From assembly GCA_041659505.1 (NCBI GenBank), contig JBAZYF010000002.1, positions 51,966-115,965 on the forward strand: a stretch of 64,000 nucleotides of DNA. Direction: 5' to 3'. The position numbers and the translations under genes are program-made. This stretch comes from Parcubacteria group bacterium. Its GTDB lineage: Bacteria > Patescibacteriota > Minisyncoccia > Moranbacterales > UBA2206. The notes under the pieces are model-generated. The model worked only from the letters and a program-made list of their open reading frames with translations. It was not told the DNA's origin and searched no databases. Shown one piece after another: positions 18,266-27,329 of the stretch (positions are counted from its first letter, which is position 1; each line of letters begins with the position of its first letter).

Positions 18266-20608
18266 CTACTGGCCTTTCTGCATTTTTTCTTTAAGGATTT
18301 CTACTAATTCAGGGGAATAATGCTCAGATACATGGCCTGCGTTATCTCTATACTTTCTGAACCACTCTGGATGCTCTGACCTAAATATTTCAGCATTCTT
18401 TTGAATTGTTGGGCTCGTTACGCCAGTAAGCTTTGCTACAGAAAAAGCGACAAGCCAGCCATCTGGCACCGACATAATTTCTGTGAAATAGTCTTTTATC
18501 TTTTTTACTAACTCTGGGTGATAATACTCCATCTCTAATGATTTCGGATGCCTGAATTTACTAAACCACTCCGGATGATTCGGCCTAAATTCTTCAGCGT
18601 AATTTTTTACAGTTGTGCGGTCAACACCCAAACTAATTCCCAGACCTCTAGCAATCATCCATCCCTCTGGAGCTACTCCTAATTTCCCATATTTATTAAA
18701 AAGTATTTCTGAAAGCTCAGGGGAAAAATATTCAAATTGTTTACCCATTCGATGTTCATAATATTTAAACCATTCCGGGTTTCCAGCTCTATACTCTTCT
18801 GCATGGTTTCGTAAGGTTTCTGGTGATATACCAATTTTTTTTGCTAAACTAAAACCCATTTCCCAGCCATCCGGCGCAAATTCTTTTTTTTCATGTCTTT
18901 TGGCTAACATTTTTATTAGCTCAGGAGAATAATATTCTAAGTTCTTCCCATGTGAGTTCCTATGAATCTTTGTCCATTCCGGATTTAAAATTCTTTGTTT
19001 TTCTGATTGATCATGCAATGTTTGAACAGTTGTGTTCCATTTTTGCGCTAAAGTATAAACCGAACTCCATTCGGCAGGAGCAATTGATGTTCCGTGGTAT
19101 TCATTACGTATTTTTTCAACTAATTCGGGAGATAAATATTCAAGTGGCTTTCCTCTATGATTTTTATACACAAAAAGCCATTCTGGGTGTTCGGACTCAT
19201 ATTTATTTATATAACGTTGGATAGTTCTAAATGTCACTCCGACTGAGTCAGCTAGTTGATTCGTAGTCATCCAGCCATCTGGAACAAGCACGAGACTTGC
19301 ATCTTCCTCTTGGATGATTTTTATTAAATCTGGATGAAGATGCTCGCTTCGCCTTCCCATGGTTCCCCGAAAGGTCTTAATCCATTCTGGATGATCGATT
19401 CTATATTTCTCTACTTTATTTTGTATTGCATCAAAAGTAATACCACTCTTTTGAGCAAAGGCATTTTTTGTCAACCACCCTGCCGGTGCCAACTCCGTTT
19501 TTTTAACCTCCCTGTAAACGGTGTCTACGAGATCTGGATGAAGATGTTCCACTTGCTGGTTCAGATGATTTCTATAATTCCCAAACCACTGGGGATAATC
19601 TTGTCTGTAACTCTCAACATAAGCTCGTAATGTCTGTGGCGCTATACCAGCCTTTAAGGAAAAAGCGGCTAGATTTAGCCAACCATCAGGAACAAGTGGA
19701 ACTAGTTCTCGCTCATTTAATTTTTTTTTGATCATCTCCACTAATTCAGGACTATAATGAATCGCCACATCGCCCCTCATCGTTGCGTATCTTTTCAGCC
19801 AATCAGGATTAGATTTTTTATATTTTCTGACTATCGCTTCAATAGAGCCAGAATTCAACCCAAGCAAAGTTGCTAATTTTACAGGCGTTATCCATCCTTC
19901 AGGAGCATCCACTGAACAACCGATCTCTTCGACTAACAAATCTTTAATTTTATTCTTCCAAATTTCCCTATGACCTTCTTTATTTTTATCAGGATATTTT
20001 ACAACAGACACGATGTCATGGGGCATTGCAGATAGCTCTTCTTTCGTCTTATTCATATAATCCCTCCATTCTTCTTGTTTAGCTTTATGAACAATGAAAG
20101 TGGCGTTTCCTTCCTCATTATTAACAAGAACTAATTTTTCGATTGATGGCAAGATAAAAATTAAATAACTCAACTTTCTCATCATCTTGGGATCATTTTC
20201 GCCTTCAACCACAGAATATTTCAATCCCAATTCAGCGAGGGTTTCCATGAGTAGTGCTGAGCGAGGAATGACACCTGCCTCCTTGAAACCGTTTCCGCTT
20301 CCCGTAGTTATTTCCATTTCAGAAGGTGGCAATATTACTTCGTCCAGCTTCGTGTAATCATCCGGCAAGCTGATTTTTCTATTCTCACTGATTCGCTTTT
20401 TGACAAAATTGTCAACACTAAAATGAGCTACTGGAGCCTGACCTTTTTTCGTTTGCATGTAGCTCAGAAATTCCTTAGCATCAAGCAAATCAACTATATC
20501 AGTAAGGTGAATTCCCTTGCGAAGAAGTAATGCTAATTTTAGGTTTATTTCATTTTTTAGTTTGTGATCTGCCGATTCAATTGTTGGAAAATTTGGTTCG
20601 CCCATCAT
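18266..20608 (-). CDS. Hypothetical protein with eight tandem ~68-aa HTH-like repeats
   Basis: Repeats (A/V)PxGW...LA...G....TI......HPEW...R...G...E(H/Y)(Y/L)SPELV spanning about nt 19906-18269. Confidence 0.85.
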   Translation of the reverse strand: MMGEPNFPTIESADHKLKNEINLKLALLLRKGIHLTDIVDLLDAKEFLSYMQTKKGQAPVAHFSVDNFVKKRISENRKISLPDDYTKLDEVILPPSEMEITTGSGNGFKEAGVIPRSALLMETLAELGLKYSVVEGENDPKMMRKLSYLIFILPSIEKLVLVNNEEGNATFIVHKAKQEEWRDYMNKTKEELSAMPHDIVSVVKYPDKNKEGHREIWKNKIKDLLVEEIGCSVDAPEGWITPVKLATLLGLNSGSIEAIVRKYKKSNPDWLKRYATMRGDVAIHYSPELVEMIKKKLNERELVPLVPDGWLNLAAFSLKAGIAPQTLRAYVESYRQDYPQWFGNYRNHLNQQVEHLHPDLVDTVYREVKKTELAPAGWLTKNAFAQKSGITFDAIQNKVEKYRIDHPEWIKTFRGTMGRRSEHLHPDLIKIIQEEDASLVLVPDGWMTTNQLADSVGVTFRTIQRYINKYESEHPEWLFVYKNHRGKPLEYLSPELVEKIRNEYHGTSIAPAEWSSVYTLAQKWNTTVQTLHDQSEKQRILNPEWTKIHRNSHGKNLEYYSPELIKMLAKRHEKKEFAPDGWEMGFSLAKKIGISPETLRNHAEEYRAGNPEWFKYYEHRMGKQFEYFSPELSEILFNKYGKLGVAPEGWMIARGLGISLGVDRTTVKNYAEEFRPNHPEWFSKFRHPKSLEMEYYHPELVKKIKDYFTEIMSVPDGWLVAFSVAKLTGVTSPTIQKNAEIFRSEHPEWFRKYRDNAGHVSEHYSPELVEILKEKMQKGQ

Positions 20609-20712
20609 AATATTGATTTTGTTTTAAGCTCTTTATACATATCAAAACTACCAAGCATTGTTTTTATATTTTAATTCTATCACAAAAAATTCTAACTTCC
20701 CACTGCCCTACC

Positions 20713-20741
20713 AAAAAAGAGGCTCAAATAAGCCTCTTTTT
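20713..20741 (-). terminator. Intrinsic terminator downstream of tRNA-Trp
   Basis: AAAAAAGAGGCT-CAAATA-AGCCTCTTTTT hairpin. Confidence 0.75.
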
Positions 20742-20749
20742 ATGTCCTG

Positions 20750-20820
20750 CACGGGGTGCAGGAATCGAACCTGCGCCAGAACTTTTGGAGAGTCCTATAC
20801 TGCCACTATACGAACCCCGC
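20750..20820 (-). tRNA. tRNA-Trp(CCA)
   Basis: GCGGGGT acceptor stem, anticodon loop CTCCAAA, GGTTCGATTCC T-arm; CCA not encoded. Confidence 0.93.
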
Positions 20821-20824
20821 GTGT

Positions 20825-21478
20825 TTATTGCCTTGAAATTTCCCTAATCAGAAACAACATCTCTTGCCTTATTTGTTTTCCATAGTATCTAACGCTAATA
20901 CATCCCTGATAGTCTTCCCTTATTCTCTTGCCAGCATTCGGCTTATTATAGGGCTTAGTGAATTGCGCTTCTGGTATTCTAGTAACATTCGACCAAAACT
21001 TAATCTGCTTTTCAACGTTGTGATAGCTATGCACATGAACTAGCGCTCTAAATCTCTTTTCATCAACACTGAATGCTTTTCTGAAAGTATCAATAAAGTA
21101 CTTAATAAGCTTCGGATCTGAATTTATAAAAGTCAACTGTGACTTTTCAGTTTTTCCACCTTCGCACCAATAAAGCAACGCACACACAATCTTTAGATCA
21201 TTTTTTAGCAAAACACATCGACCAATGCTATTTTTAACATTTGCCAATATTTTCTTGTCCTCGCTTACTATTCTTTTTCTAACTGATTCATTCCCTTTAT
21301 TTCTCCCAACGACTCCCAGCTTGTTAATTCTTTCTTTTGCAATCTTGGATAATTCAACTTCTCTCAGCCACAAGCTTGCCGTGCTTTTCGCTATTCCAAT
21401 TTTTTCACTTATTTCCCTGAAAGAAAATCCCCGCTGTCTCAGTTCTGTAGCTTTCTTTTTCAAAATATCAACCTTCAT
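20825..21478 (-). CDS. HTH plus LAGLIDADG-like endonuclease-fold protein
   Basis: N-terminal HTH (LRQRGFSFREISEKIGIAKSTASLW), 'ALLYWCEGGK' LAGLIDADG-like helix, 'FINSDPKLIKYF'. Confidence 0.7.
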   Translation of the reverse strand: MKVDILKKKATELRQRGFSFREISEKIGIAKSTASLWLREVELSKIAKERINKLGVVGRNKGNESVRKRIVSEDKKILANVKNSIGRCVLLKNDLKIVCALLYWCEGGKTEKSQLTFINSDPKLIKYFIDTFRKAFSVDEKRFRALVHVHSYHNVEKQIKFWSNVTRIPEAQFTKPYNKPNAGKRIREDYQGCISVRYYGKQIRQEMLFLIREISRQ

Positions 21479-21552
21479 AAAAAATCAAACTAAGACTATG
21501 AGTTACTTAACATCTAATCTTAGTTTAACAATAATTTGGCCAAATTGTCAAA

Positions 21553-21708
21553 TTACTTCATTTCCTTATGCATCGTATGCTTTTTGCATTTCGGGCAATG
21601 TTTTTTCATTTCCAATTTTTCCTTGATCTTCTTCTTGTTTCTGGTTGTGAAATAGTTGATGTTGGCACATTCCAAGCATTTCATCTTTGCCAAGTTTTCT
21701 CGTGACAT
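21553..21708 (-). CDS. rpmG: 50S ribosomal protein L33
   Basis: [31 protein letters not shown]. Confidence 0.95.
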   Translation of the reverse strand: MSRENLAKMKCLECANINYFTTRNKKKIKEKLEMKKHCPKCKKHTMHKEMK

Positions 21709-21765
21709 AATGGTATGATAAATTAATTTAACTTGATTAAACCTTCTCTCTTTCTTATTCTCGTG

Positions 21766-21838
21766 AGCCGTTGTCCGGAATCGGACCGGAGACCTTTTCC
21801 TTACCATGGAAATGCTCTACCGACTGAGCTACAACGGC
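21766..21838 (-). tRNA. tRNA-Thr(GGT)
   Basis: GCCGTTG/CAACGGC stem, loop ATGGTAA, discriminator U. Confidence 0.92.
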
Positions 21839-21850
21839 ATAAATTTAATG

Positions 21851-21933
21851 TGGGCCGGGAGGGATTCGAACCCCCGTAGACCGAAATCGGCTGATTTACA
21901 GTCAGCTGCGATTGACCACTCCGCCACCGACCC
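21851..21933 (-). tRNA. tRNA-Tyr(GTA)
   Basis: Anticodon loop CTGTAAA, long variable arm, GGTTCGAATCC. Confidence 0.94.
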
Positions 21934-21966
21934 ACTTTTTCCGCTACTCACAATAATTCATTCGTG

Positions 21967-22038
21967 AGCCGAAGATCGGAGTTGAACCGATAACCTACTG
22001 TTTACAAAACAGTTGCTCTGCCATTGAGCTACTTCGGC
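21967..22038 (-). tRNA. tRNA-Thr(TGT)
   Basis: GCCGAAG/CTTCGGC stem, loop TTTGTAA. Confidence 0.93.
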
Positions 22039-22068
22039 AATATATAATTTCCCCAAACCTTAATAGCG

Positions 22069-22132
22069 CTACTATTTACAAAACAGTTGCTCCCTGCCTG
22101 CCGGCAGGCAGGTGCCACTCCGCTACTTCAGC
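22069..22132 (-). pseudogene. Degenerate 5' portion of tRNA-Thr(TGT) interrupted by a 20-nt palindrome
   Basis: Matches 21995-22038 once CCTGCCTGCCGGCAGGCAGG (22093-22112) is removed. Confidence 0.8.
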
Positions 22133-22171
22133 ATATCAAGCGCGAGTTAATTTCACGCTTTTTCTATTCTA

Positions 22172-22957
22172 TCAGCTTCCTAGGATTTTTTCCAGTTTTC
22201 TGATCTTATACCGTGCGTTACGATTTCCCGGGTTTAATCTGAGCACTTGTTTGAAACATTCCTTGGAATGTTCCAAATTTTTCACTTCCAGATAATATTC
22301 TCCCAATCGCTCATAAGCTTCGATATCTTTCGGATTAGCCGCGATTCTTTCGATGAGCAATTCCTCTAGGCGACTCTTGGTTTCTCGTCTTCTTTTCGGT
22401 ACCACGACTCGATCACTGATGATCGGACGAAAATATTTCTCCTCTACTTCTTCCTGGATCGCTCGTTGTTTCAATCCTAATCTTTCACGGATATTTTTTT
22501 TCTCCGGATCATACTTTCCCACCTTATCAATAATTCCATCCAATATTTCACTTTCATTTGCTGCCGGTTTTTCTTCTCTGCGCTCAAGATTCTCTTCCAA
22601 CTGCGGTTCAGGATTCGGCCCGTTTTCGACCACCCTTGAATTTCTTTTTTTTCGGATCCCTTCGCCCAAGTCCTTGAGCTTATTTTCTAATTTCAAAAAA
22701 ACAATCCGCGATTTCTTGACTGACTTTTCCAGCACGACCAGCAAACCTTGTTTTAGTCTTGTCGTCACTTTAGCCATTCCGGTATCCTGCCGGGAATAAT
22801 CACCCACCCCACCATCGACCGCCCGAAACGCTCGTTCATTTTCCAATTTCTCCTCTCGCTCCAGACGATTGATTTCCGGAGCCTTTTTTACCAAAAAAAT
22901 AATTATTCCAATAACACTGAAAATGACTAAAATTGGCGGAATAATTTGGTACAACAT
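22172..22957 (-). CDS. Membrane-anchored TPR protein
   Basis: N-terminal TM; C-terminal TPR (NPKDIEAYERLGEYY...FKQVLRLNPGN). Confidence 0.8.
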   Translation of the reverse strand: MLYQIIPPILVIFSVIGIIIFLVKKAPEINRLEREEKLENERAFRAVDGGVGDYSRQDTGMAKVTTRLKQGLLVVLEKSVKKSRIVFLKLENKLKDLGEGIRKKRNSRVVENGPNPEPQLEENLERREEKPAANESEILDGIIDKVGKYDPEKKNIRERLGLKQRAIQEEVEEKYFRPIISDRVVVPKRRRETKSRLEELLIERIAANPKDIEAYERLGEYYLEVKNLEHSKECFKQVLRLNPGNRNARYKIRKLEKILGS

Positions 22958-22970
22958 AAATAGGTTAGTT

Positions 22971-23744
22971 TTATTTTAACTCTTCTTTTTTGACTGACAG
23001 ATATTTTCCACTTCGCAATTTCACCTTGACTTCCTGCGTGATTGCGTTCACCTCAATCACTGTGCCATCTCCCTCGACTGTACTAATCGTGCTATACATC
23101 TCCGGCATCCCTTCTAACATTTCCCGATAACTTTGCGCTTCATAAGCCAGGCAACACATCAACCGACCACAAGCGCCAGAAATTCGCTCCGTGCCTCTGT
23201 GTGCGATCTGCTGGACGCGCGCCATATCGGTCGTAATGCTAGGAATATTATTTTTCGTATTAATGCAACACATCGCTCGGCCACACACTCCACAATCACC
23301 CAATTTCCGAGCTTCATCTCGCGAACCGATCTGTTGCATCCGGATAGCTTTCTTGAACTTGAGCGAAAGATTTTTGACCAATTCGCGAAAATCTACCCGG
23401 CCGTCAGATGTAAAAATGAAAATGATCTGTTTACCATCTAAGCTTATCCGCGCATCGATCGCTTTCATCGCTAGTCCAAGTTTTTTGAGTTCGCTCTTGC
23501 AAAAATCCAACGCCGCCACTTTTTCCTTTTCTTTTTCTAGAAAACTTTCCTTGTCCCTTGTTGTCGCTAGGCGCAAAACTTGCTCTTTTTCTCTTGGACA
23601 GTTTTCATGACCATCCGCCTCAACCGTTCCTAATTCATTAAAATGTTCACAGGTAACAACCACGCGGTCACCCGCTTTTACTTTGATTGCGCTTTCGCAC
23701 ATTCGCGGCCCTTCCCAGGAATATATTTTAACAAAAACATCCAT
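22971..23744 (-). CDS. ricT: PSP1-domain protein, RicT/YaaT family
   Basis: GRVDFRELVK, QIGSRDEA, CGVCGRAMCC, ISGACGRLMCCLAYE. Confidence 0.88.
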   Translation of the reverse strand: MDVFVKIYSWEGPRMCESAIKVKAGDRVVVTCEHFNELGTVEADGHENCPREKEQVLRLATTRDKESFLEKEKEKVAALDFCKSELKKLGLAMKAIDARISLDGKQIIFIFTSDGRVDFRELVKNLSLKFKKAIRMQQIGSRDEARKLGDCGVCGRAMCCINTKNNIPSITTDMARVQQIAHRGTERISGACGRLMCCLAYEAQSYREMLEGMPEMYSTISTVEGDGTVIEVNAITQEVKVKLRSGKYLSVKKEELK

Positions 23745-23762
23745 CGTATTTCAATCTACTGT

Positions 23763-24347
23763 TTATAGCTCCATCCGAGTAAAACCACCCACGCGGATAT
23801 TTTCTCCAATCTTAGCAATCTTTTCTGTAATCAGTGCTTCAATAGTTTGGTCAGGATTTTTTACGAAAGGCTGAGTAAGCAGTGCCAAGTCTTCCCGAAA
23901 TTTCTTCTCCTTGCCTTCTAGAATTTTTGCCATAATTTCTACCGGCTTATTTTCCGCTTTCAATTGTTCTTGCCAGATATCTTTTTCCTTTTCCAGTGTC
24001 TCAGTTGGGACATCTTCTGGCTTCACATATTGCGGATTCATCGCTGACACGTGCATTGCCAAGTCTTTTGCCAACTCCAAAAATTCAGTGTTCCGTGCCA
24101 CAAAATCACTTTCGCAATACAGTTTTACAATCGCTCCCAATTTATTGTTCGGATGAATGTAGGATACGACCACGCCCTCACCAGCTTCCCGATCAGATTT
24201 CTTGGCTGCTTTCAACTGTCCCTTTTTGCGGATAATCTCAATCGCTTTTTCCTCATCTCCATCAGCCTCATCAAGCGCGTTTTTTGTTTCCACGATTCCC
24301 GATCCAAGCATTTCCCGAATCTTTTTTATTTGCTCTAAGTTTGCCAT
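23763..24347 (-). CDS. tsf: Elongation factor Ts (short form)
   Basis: CESDFVARN, AMHVSAMNP, QPFVKNP, GENIRV; follows rpsB. Confidence 0.95.
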   Translation of the reverse strand: MANLEQIKKIREMLGSGIVETKNALDEADGDEEKAIEIIRKKGQLKAAKKSDREAGEGVVVSYIHPNNKLGAIVKLYCESDFVARNTEFLELAKDLAMHVSAMNPQYVKPEDVPTETLEKEKDIWQEQLKAENKPVEIMAKILEGKEKKFREDLALLTQPFVKNPDQTIEALITEKIAKIGENIRVGGFTRMEL

Positions 24348-24355
24348 AATTTTAT

Positions 24356-24397
24356 TTGTCCGCCGTAGTCCTGAGTACTCTTAGGACGAAGGAGGAT
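24356..24397. repeat. CCGCCGTAG-hairpin-CGAAGGAGG repeat
   Basis: TTGTCCGCCGTAGTCCTGAGTACTCTTAGGACGAAGGAGGAT; close relative at 31691. Confidence 0.75.
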
Positions 24398-24413
24398 CAG
24401 TCCTCTTAACTTT

Positions 24414-25253
24414 TTATTTTTTCACTTCAGCAGCTGCTGCCACTGCAGCCTTCTCAATTGCCACTTTTTCTACTGCCATTTTTTGCTTGGCCGCCAAAAC
24501 AGTTTTAATCACATAGGCCATCAAAATTTTCAAAGATGAAACGGCGTCCTCATTGGCTGGAATGATATAGTCGATATCACGCGGATCGATGTTAGTATCA
24601 GCGAGAGCAATCACGGGAATATTTTTGATTTTGGCTTCCTTGATGGCTAGATTATCCTCCACTACACCAGTCACAAAAATTGCGCCTGGTAAGCGATCCA
24701 TATTCTTGATTCCACCCATCTTCGTTTCCAAGCGCTCCAACTCTTCGGCAAATTTCATCTGTTCAAATTTGGTGTATTTGCCATATTCTCCACGTTCCAA
24801 TTTACCTTGCCCGTCACGCAGATACCTTGTTCGTCCAGAAATTGCCGCATAGTTAGTGAAAGTGCCACCCAACCAACGCTCCGTCACATAGGGCATCTCA
24901 CAACGCTTTGCCGCTGCTTCCACAATTTTCTTGGCTTGCTTTTTTGTTCCCACGAACAAGATCTTCTGCCCGCTCATGATCACTTTTTCCATAAAGGCCA
25001 ACGCCTCTTTCAACATCTGCGCCGTCTTTTGCAAGTCCAAAATGTTGATCCCGTTTTTCACACCAAAGATAAATTCATCCATCTTAGGATTTTTTCGGGA
25101 TTTGTGATGTCCAAAATGCACACCATTTTTGAACATCTCTTCCAGATTGATTTCCAATTTCGCAAAATCGAAATCAGAAAAACTGTCGGCCACCTCTCCT
25201 GCCGCGCTCTCTTTTCCAGTCCCTGTCGGAACTGAAACATTCTTCTCTTCCAT
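24414..25253 (-). CDS. rpsB: 30S ribosomal protein S2
   Basis: GVHFGH, NPKM, FVGTKKQA, RWLGGTFTN, DTNIDP. Confidence 0.97.
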   Translation of the reverse strand: MEEKNVSVPTGTGKESAAGEVADSFSDFDFAKLEINLEEMFKNGVHFGHHKSRKNPKMDEFIFGVKNGINILDLQKTAQMLKEALAFMEKVIMSGQKILFVGTKKQAKKIVEAAAKRCEMPYVTERWLGGTFTNYAAISGRTRYLRDGQGKLERGEYGKYTKFEQMKFAEELERLETKMGGIKNMDRLPGAIFVTGVVEDNLAIKEAKIKNIPVIALADTNIDPRDIDYIIPANEDAVSSLKILMAYVIKTVLAAKQKMAVEKVAIEKAAVAAAAEVKK

Positions 25254-25587
25254 ACTATTATTCCTTTAATAATTATACGCCCCTCAAAAGTGAGTTGCGT
25301 TTCCGCTATTTTCCGTTAATTCTGAAGTTATTGGCTTAGAATCAGCGTCTTAATCCCCTCGTCTTTCGACTCTTGGGGCAGGACAACGCCCGGAAAATAT
25401 GAGTTTTTGTACCTAGCTACTATATCAGCTCCCGCACCACTTGTCAATTTCCCAAAGCTGTGCTAAATTTAGCAAGTTAGTGAATAACTCAATTTAACCC
25501 AAATTTGCCCAGTTTTAAGAGTCCTAAACGATCAGGCCCCAAAAAAGCCTTATTTCCAACTCTCAAGGGCTAAAATCAGTCAATTTT

Positions 25588-25875
25588 ATGAAAAAAGACA
25601 TCCATCCTAAGTATTTTCCCAACGCCAAAATCATCTGCGCCTGTGGCAATGTGATTGAAGCGGGATCCACGATTGAAGAAATGAAGGTTGAAATCTGCGC
25701 CGCTTGCCATCCTTTCTACACTGGCAAGAAAAAATCCATGGACACCGCCGGCCGCGTCGACCGTTTCAAGAAAATCGCCGAAAAGAAAGCCGCGCCAAAA
25801 GTAAAAAAGGAACGCATCCGAAAACCCAAAGCCGAGACCAAGAAAGTAGTTTCGAAAAAGAAGTTGAAGAAATAA
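25588..25875 (+). CDS. rpmE: 50S ribosomal protein L31 (Zn type, Lys-rich tail)
   Basis: [29 protein letters not shown]. Confidence 0.97.
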   Translation: MKKDIHPKYFPNAKIICACGNVIEAGSTIEEMKVEICAACHPFYTGKKKSMDTAGRVDRFKKIAEKKAAPKVKKERIRKPKAETKKVVSKKKLKK

Positions 25876-25891
25876 TCTTTTCCATATTTTC

Positions 25892-25925
25892 AAAAAAGCC
25901 CAGGCAGAAATGTTTTGGGCTTTTT
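25892..25925 (+). terminator. Terminator after rpmE
   Basis: AAAAAAGCCCA...TGGGCTTTTT. Confidence 0.7.
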
Positions 25926-25940
25926 GTATTTTATAAAGTT

Positions 25941-26028
25941 GTCGGTTTAGTGTCTCCTGACCTGAACCTCCTAATTCTTAGCTAGCTGATTAGAAATAAA
26001 AGGTTCAATTCGGGAGAATTGAACCGAC
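25941..26028. repeat. REP-like inverted doublet with GTCGG-tagged hairpins
   Basis: GTCGGTT...GAACC ... GGTTCAATTCGGGAGAATTGAACCGAC; 46 nt of it (25983-26028) is an exact inverted copy of 57819-57864. Confidence 0.8.
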
Positions 26029-26132
26029 AAGATATCAATCTTTTTGTAAAAAATACTGGATTAAAAAATCCCTCGCTTAAGTTGCCATTGGGCAAGCTTT
26101 TGAGCGAGGGATTATGCTGAGTAAGGATAAGA

Positions 26133-26906
26133 TTATTCGGTTGTGCCATAAATACGTTCGGCTTCGTTTTGATACCAGCCTCTTATGGCATCTCTGGTTT
26201 TTTCATTTAATGCTTCCAAAGCCGGTATCATTTCAGCCAGCCTTTCCTCGGTCATTTTTTCCGAATCATCGTCGGAAATCAGCTCAAACATAGGACCCAT
26301 CAATAAGTTTTTGACCGCTTCAATACTTATATCCTGCAGGGTTTGGTTGCAAGAATTCAAGAACTCCTTCTTGGTTTGAGTCCTGCGAGTAATCGCATCG
26401 GCGTATTTATCGATATGCTCAATGAGCTCAGTTACTGGAGTATTATACTCGTCAGCGAGGGTTTGAAGCACATCGATCAAACTCCAATAATCCTCATAGA
26501 GATCCTCAATGCTCATGTCATTCGTTAGATGTTTAACACAATCTTTCAAAGACGAATCTAACAGTGCATATTCCTGTTCATCTAGAGCCTGTCCCGTGAA
26601 TTTCTCCATACTGTCGTTAATTGCACCTGTGAGATGCTGAACGTCTTTCGCTGAAAACAGTGGCTTATCCCGCGCATTGCGCTTGAGACGTCGAGCGACT
26701 AAGCCAGCAAGTTTGTCCGTTAATTTGAAGTGGAGCTCCTTAGAAAAACGTGAAAAATACTCATCATCCTCCAAAGGCTCAATTCCGTGATATTCTTTAA
26801 TTGCTGCATTCAGAGACATATTTTGTATACGCGCTATTTGCAAACGAGCCCATACAAAGGATTTAAGCTCTTTCAAACTTAACGCTGACCGTTCTCTATT
26901 TATCAT
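26133..26906 (-). CDS. Hypothetical acidic helical protein
   Basis: Long ORF, SD AGGAGA 8 nt before ATG at 26906, downstream hairpin at about 26066-26113. Confidence 0.7.
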   Translation of the reverse strand: MINRERSALSLKELKSFVWARLQIARIQNMSLNAAIKEYHGIEPLEDDEYFSRFSKELHFKLTDKLAGLVARRLKRNARDKPLFSAKDVQHLTGAINDSMEKFTGQALDEQEYALLDSSLKDCVKHLTNDMSIEDLYEDYWSLIDVLQTLADEYNTPVTELIEHIDKYADAITRRTQTKKEFLNSCNQTLQDISIEAVKNLLMGPMFELISDDDSEKMTEERLAEMIPALEALNEKTRDAIRGWYQNEAERIYGTTE

Positions 26907-27096
26907 CTCATTGTTCTCCTTTCTTTTCAATTAACAGCACATTTCCAACCGCCTCCACACAACGTAGAGCTAGTCAGAAAATGACTGTTAATCGGCTAGG
27001 TAGTTTTTTAATGTACGATTTTATAGCATGCACCCATTTGAGGTTTTTGTCAACCCAGAAATCTGGATGGGCTTTAGGTAAAGCAAATCTCTCAAC

Positions 27097-27267
27097 GTGT
27101 CATTCCCGCGAAGGCGGGAATCCAGGTTCCACGAGCTATGAACTCCAGAAAATCGAACTACAAGTCTAACAAATTCTCTATTTTAGCAAGTCTTGAGTTT
27201 TAATAATTCGTTTTTTCTTTATATTAAGTCTGAGGTGCCTGGATCCCCGCCTTCGCGAGGATGACAC
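27097..27267. mobile_element. ~170-bp MITE/REPIN-like element, copy 1
   Basis: Terminal inverted GTGTCATTCCCGCGAAGGCGGGAATCCAGG-type hairpins; interior homologous to 36965-37134 and 44799-44978. Confidence 0.85.
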
Positions 27268-27273
27268 CTAATC

Positions 27274-27302
27274 AAAAAGAAACGAGCATATAGCTCGTTT
27301 CT
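27274..27302 (-). terminator. Terminator of the r-protein operon
   Basis: AGAAACGAGC-ATATA-GCTCGTTTCT followed by a T-run on the minus strand. Confidence 0.7.
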
Positions 27303-27329
27303 GCAAAAATACAAATATAATATAAACCT

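Noticed and set aside
20750-21550. tRNA-Trp intron encoding the LAGLIDADG-like ORF
   Set aside because: tRNA-Trp is complete and uninterrupted, and no upstream tRNA half was found
21709-21807. N-terminal extension of rpmG in the ORF track
   Set aside because: It overlaps tRNA-Thr(GGT); the real start is 21708
25260-25400. rpsB leader autoregulatory RNA
   Set aside because: GC-rich stems are present but I could not match them to a known motif by eye
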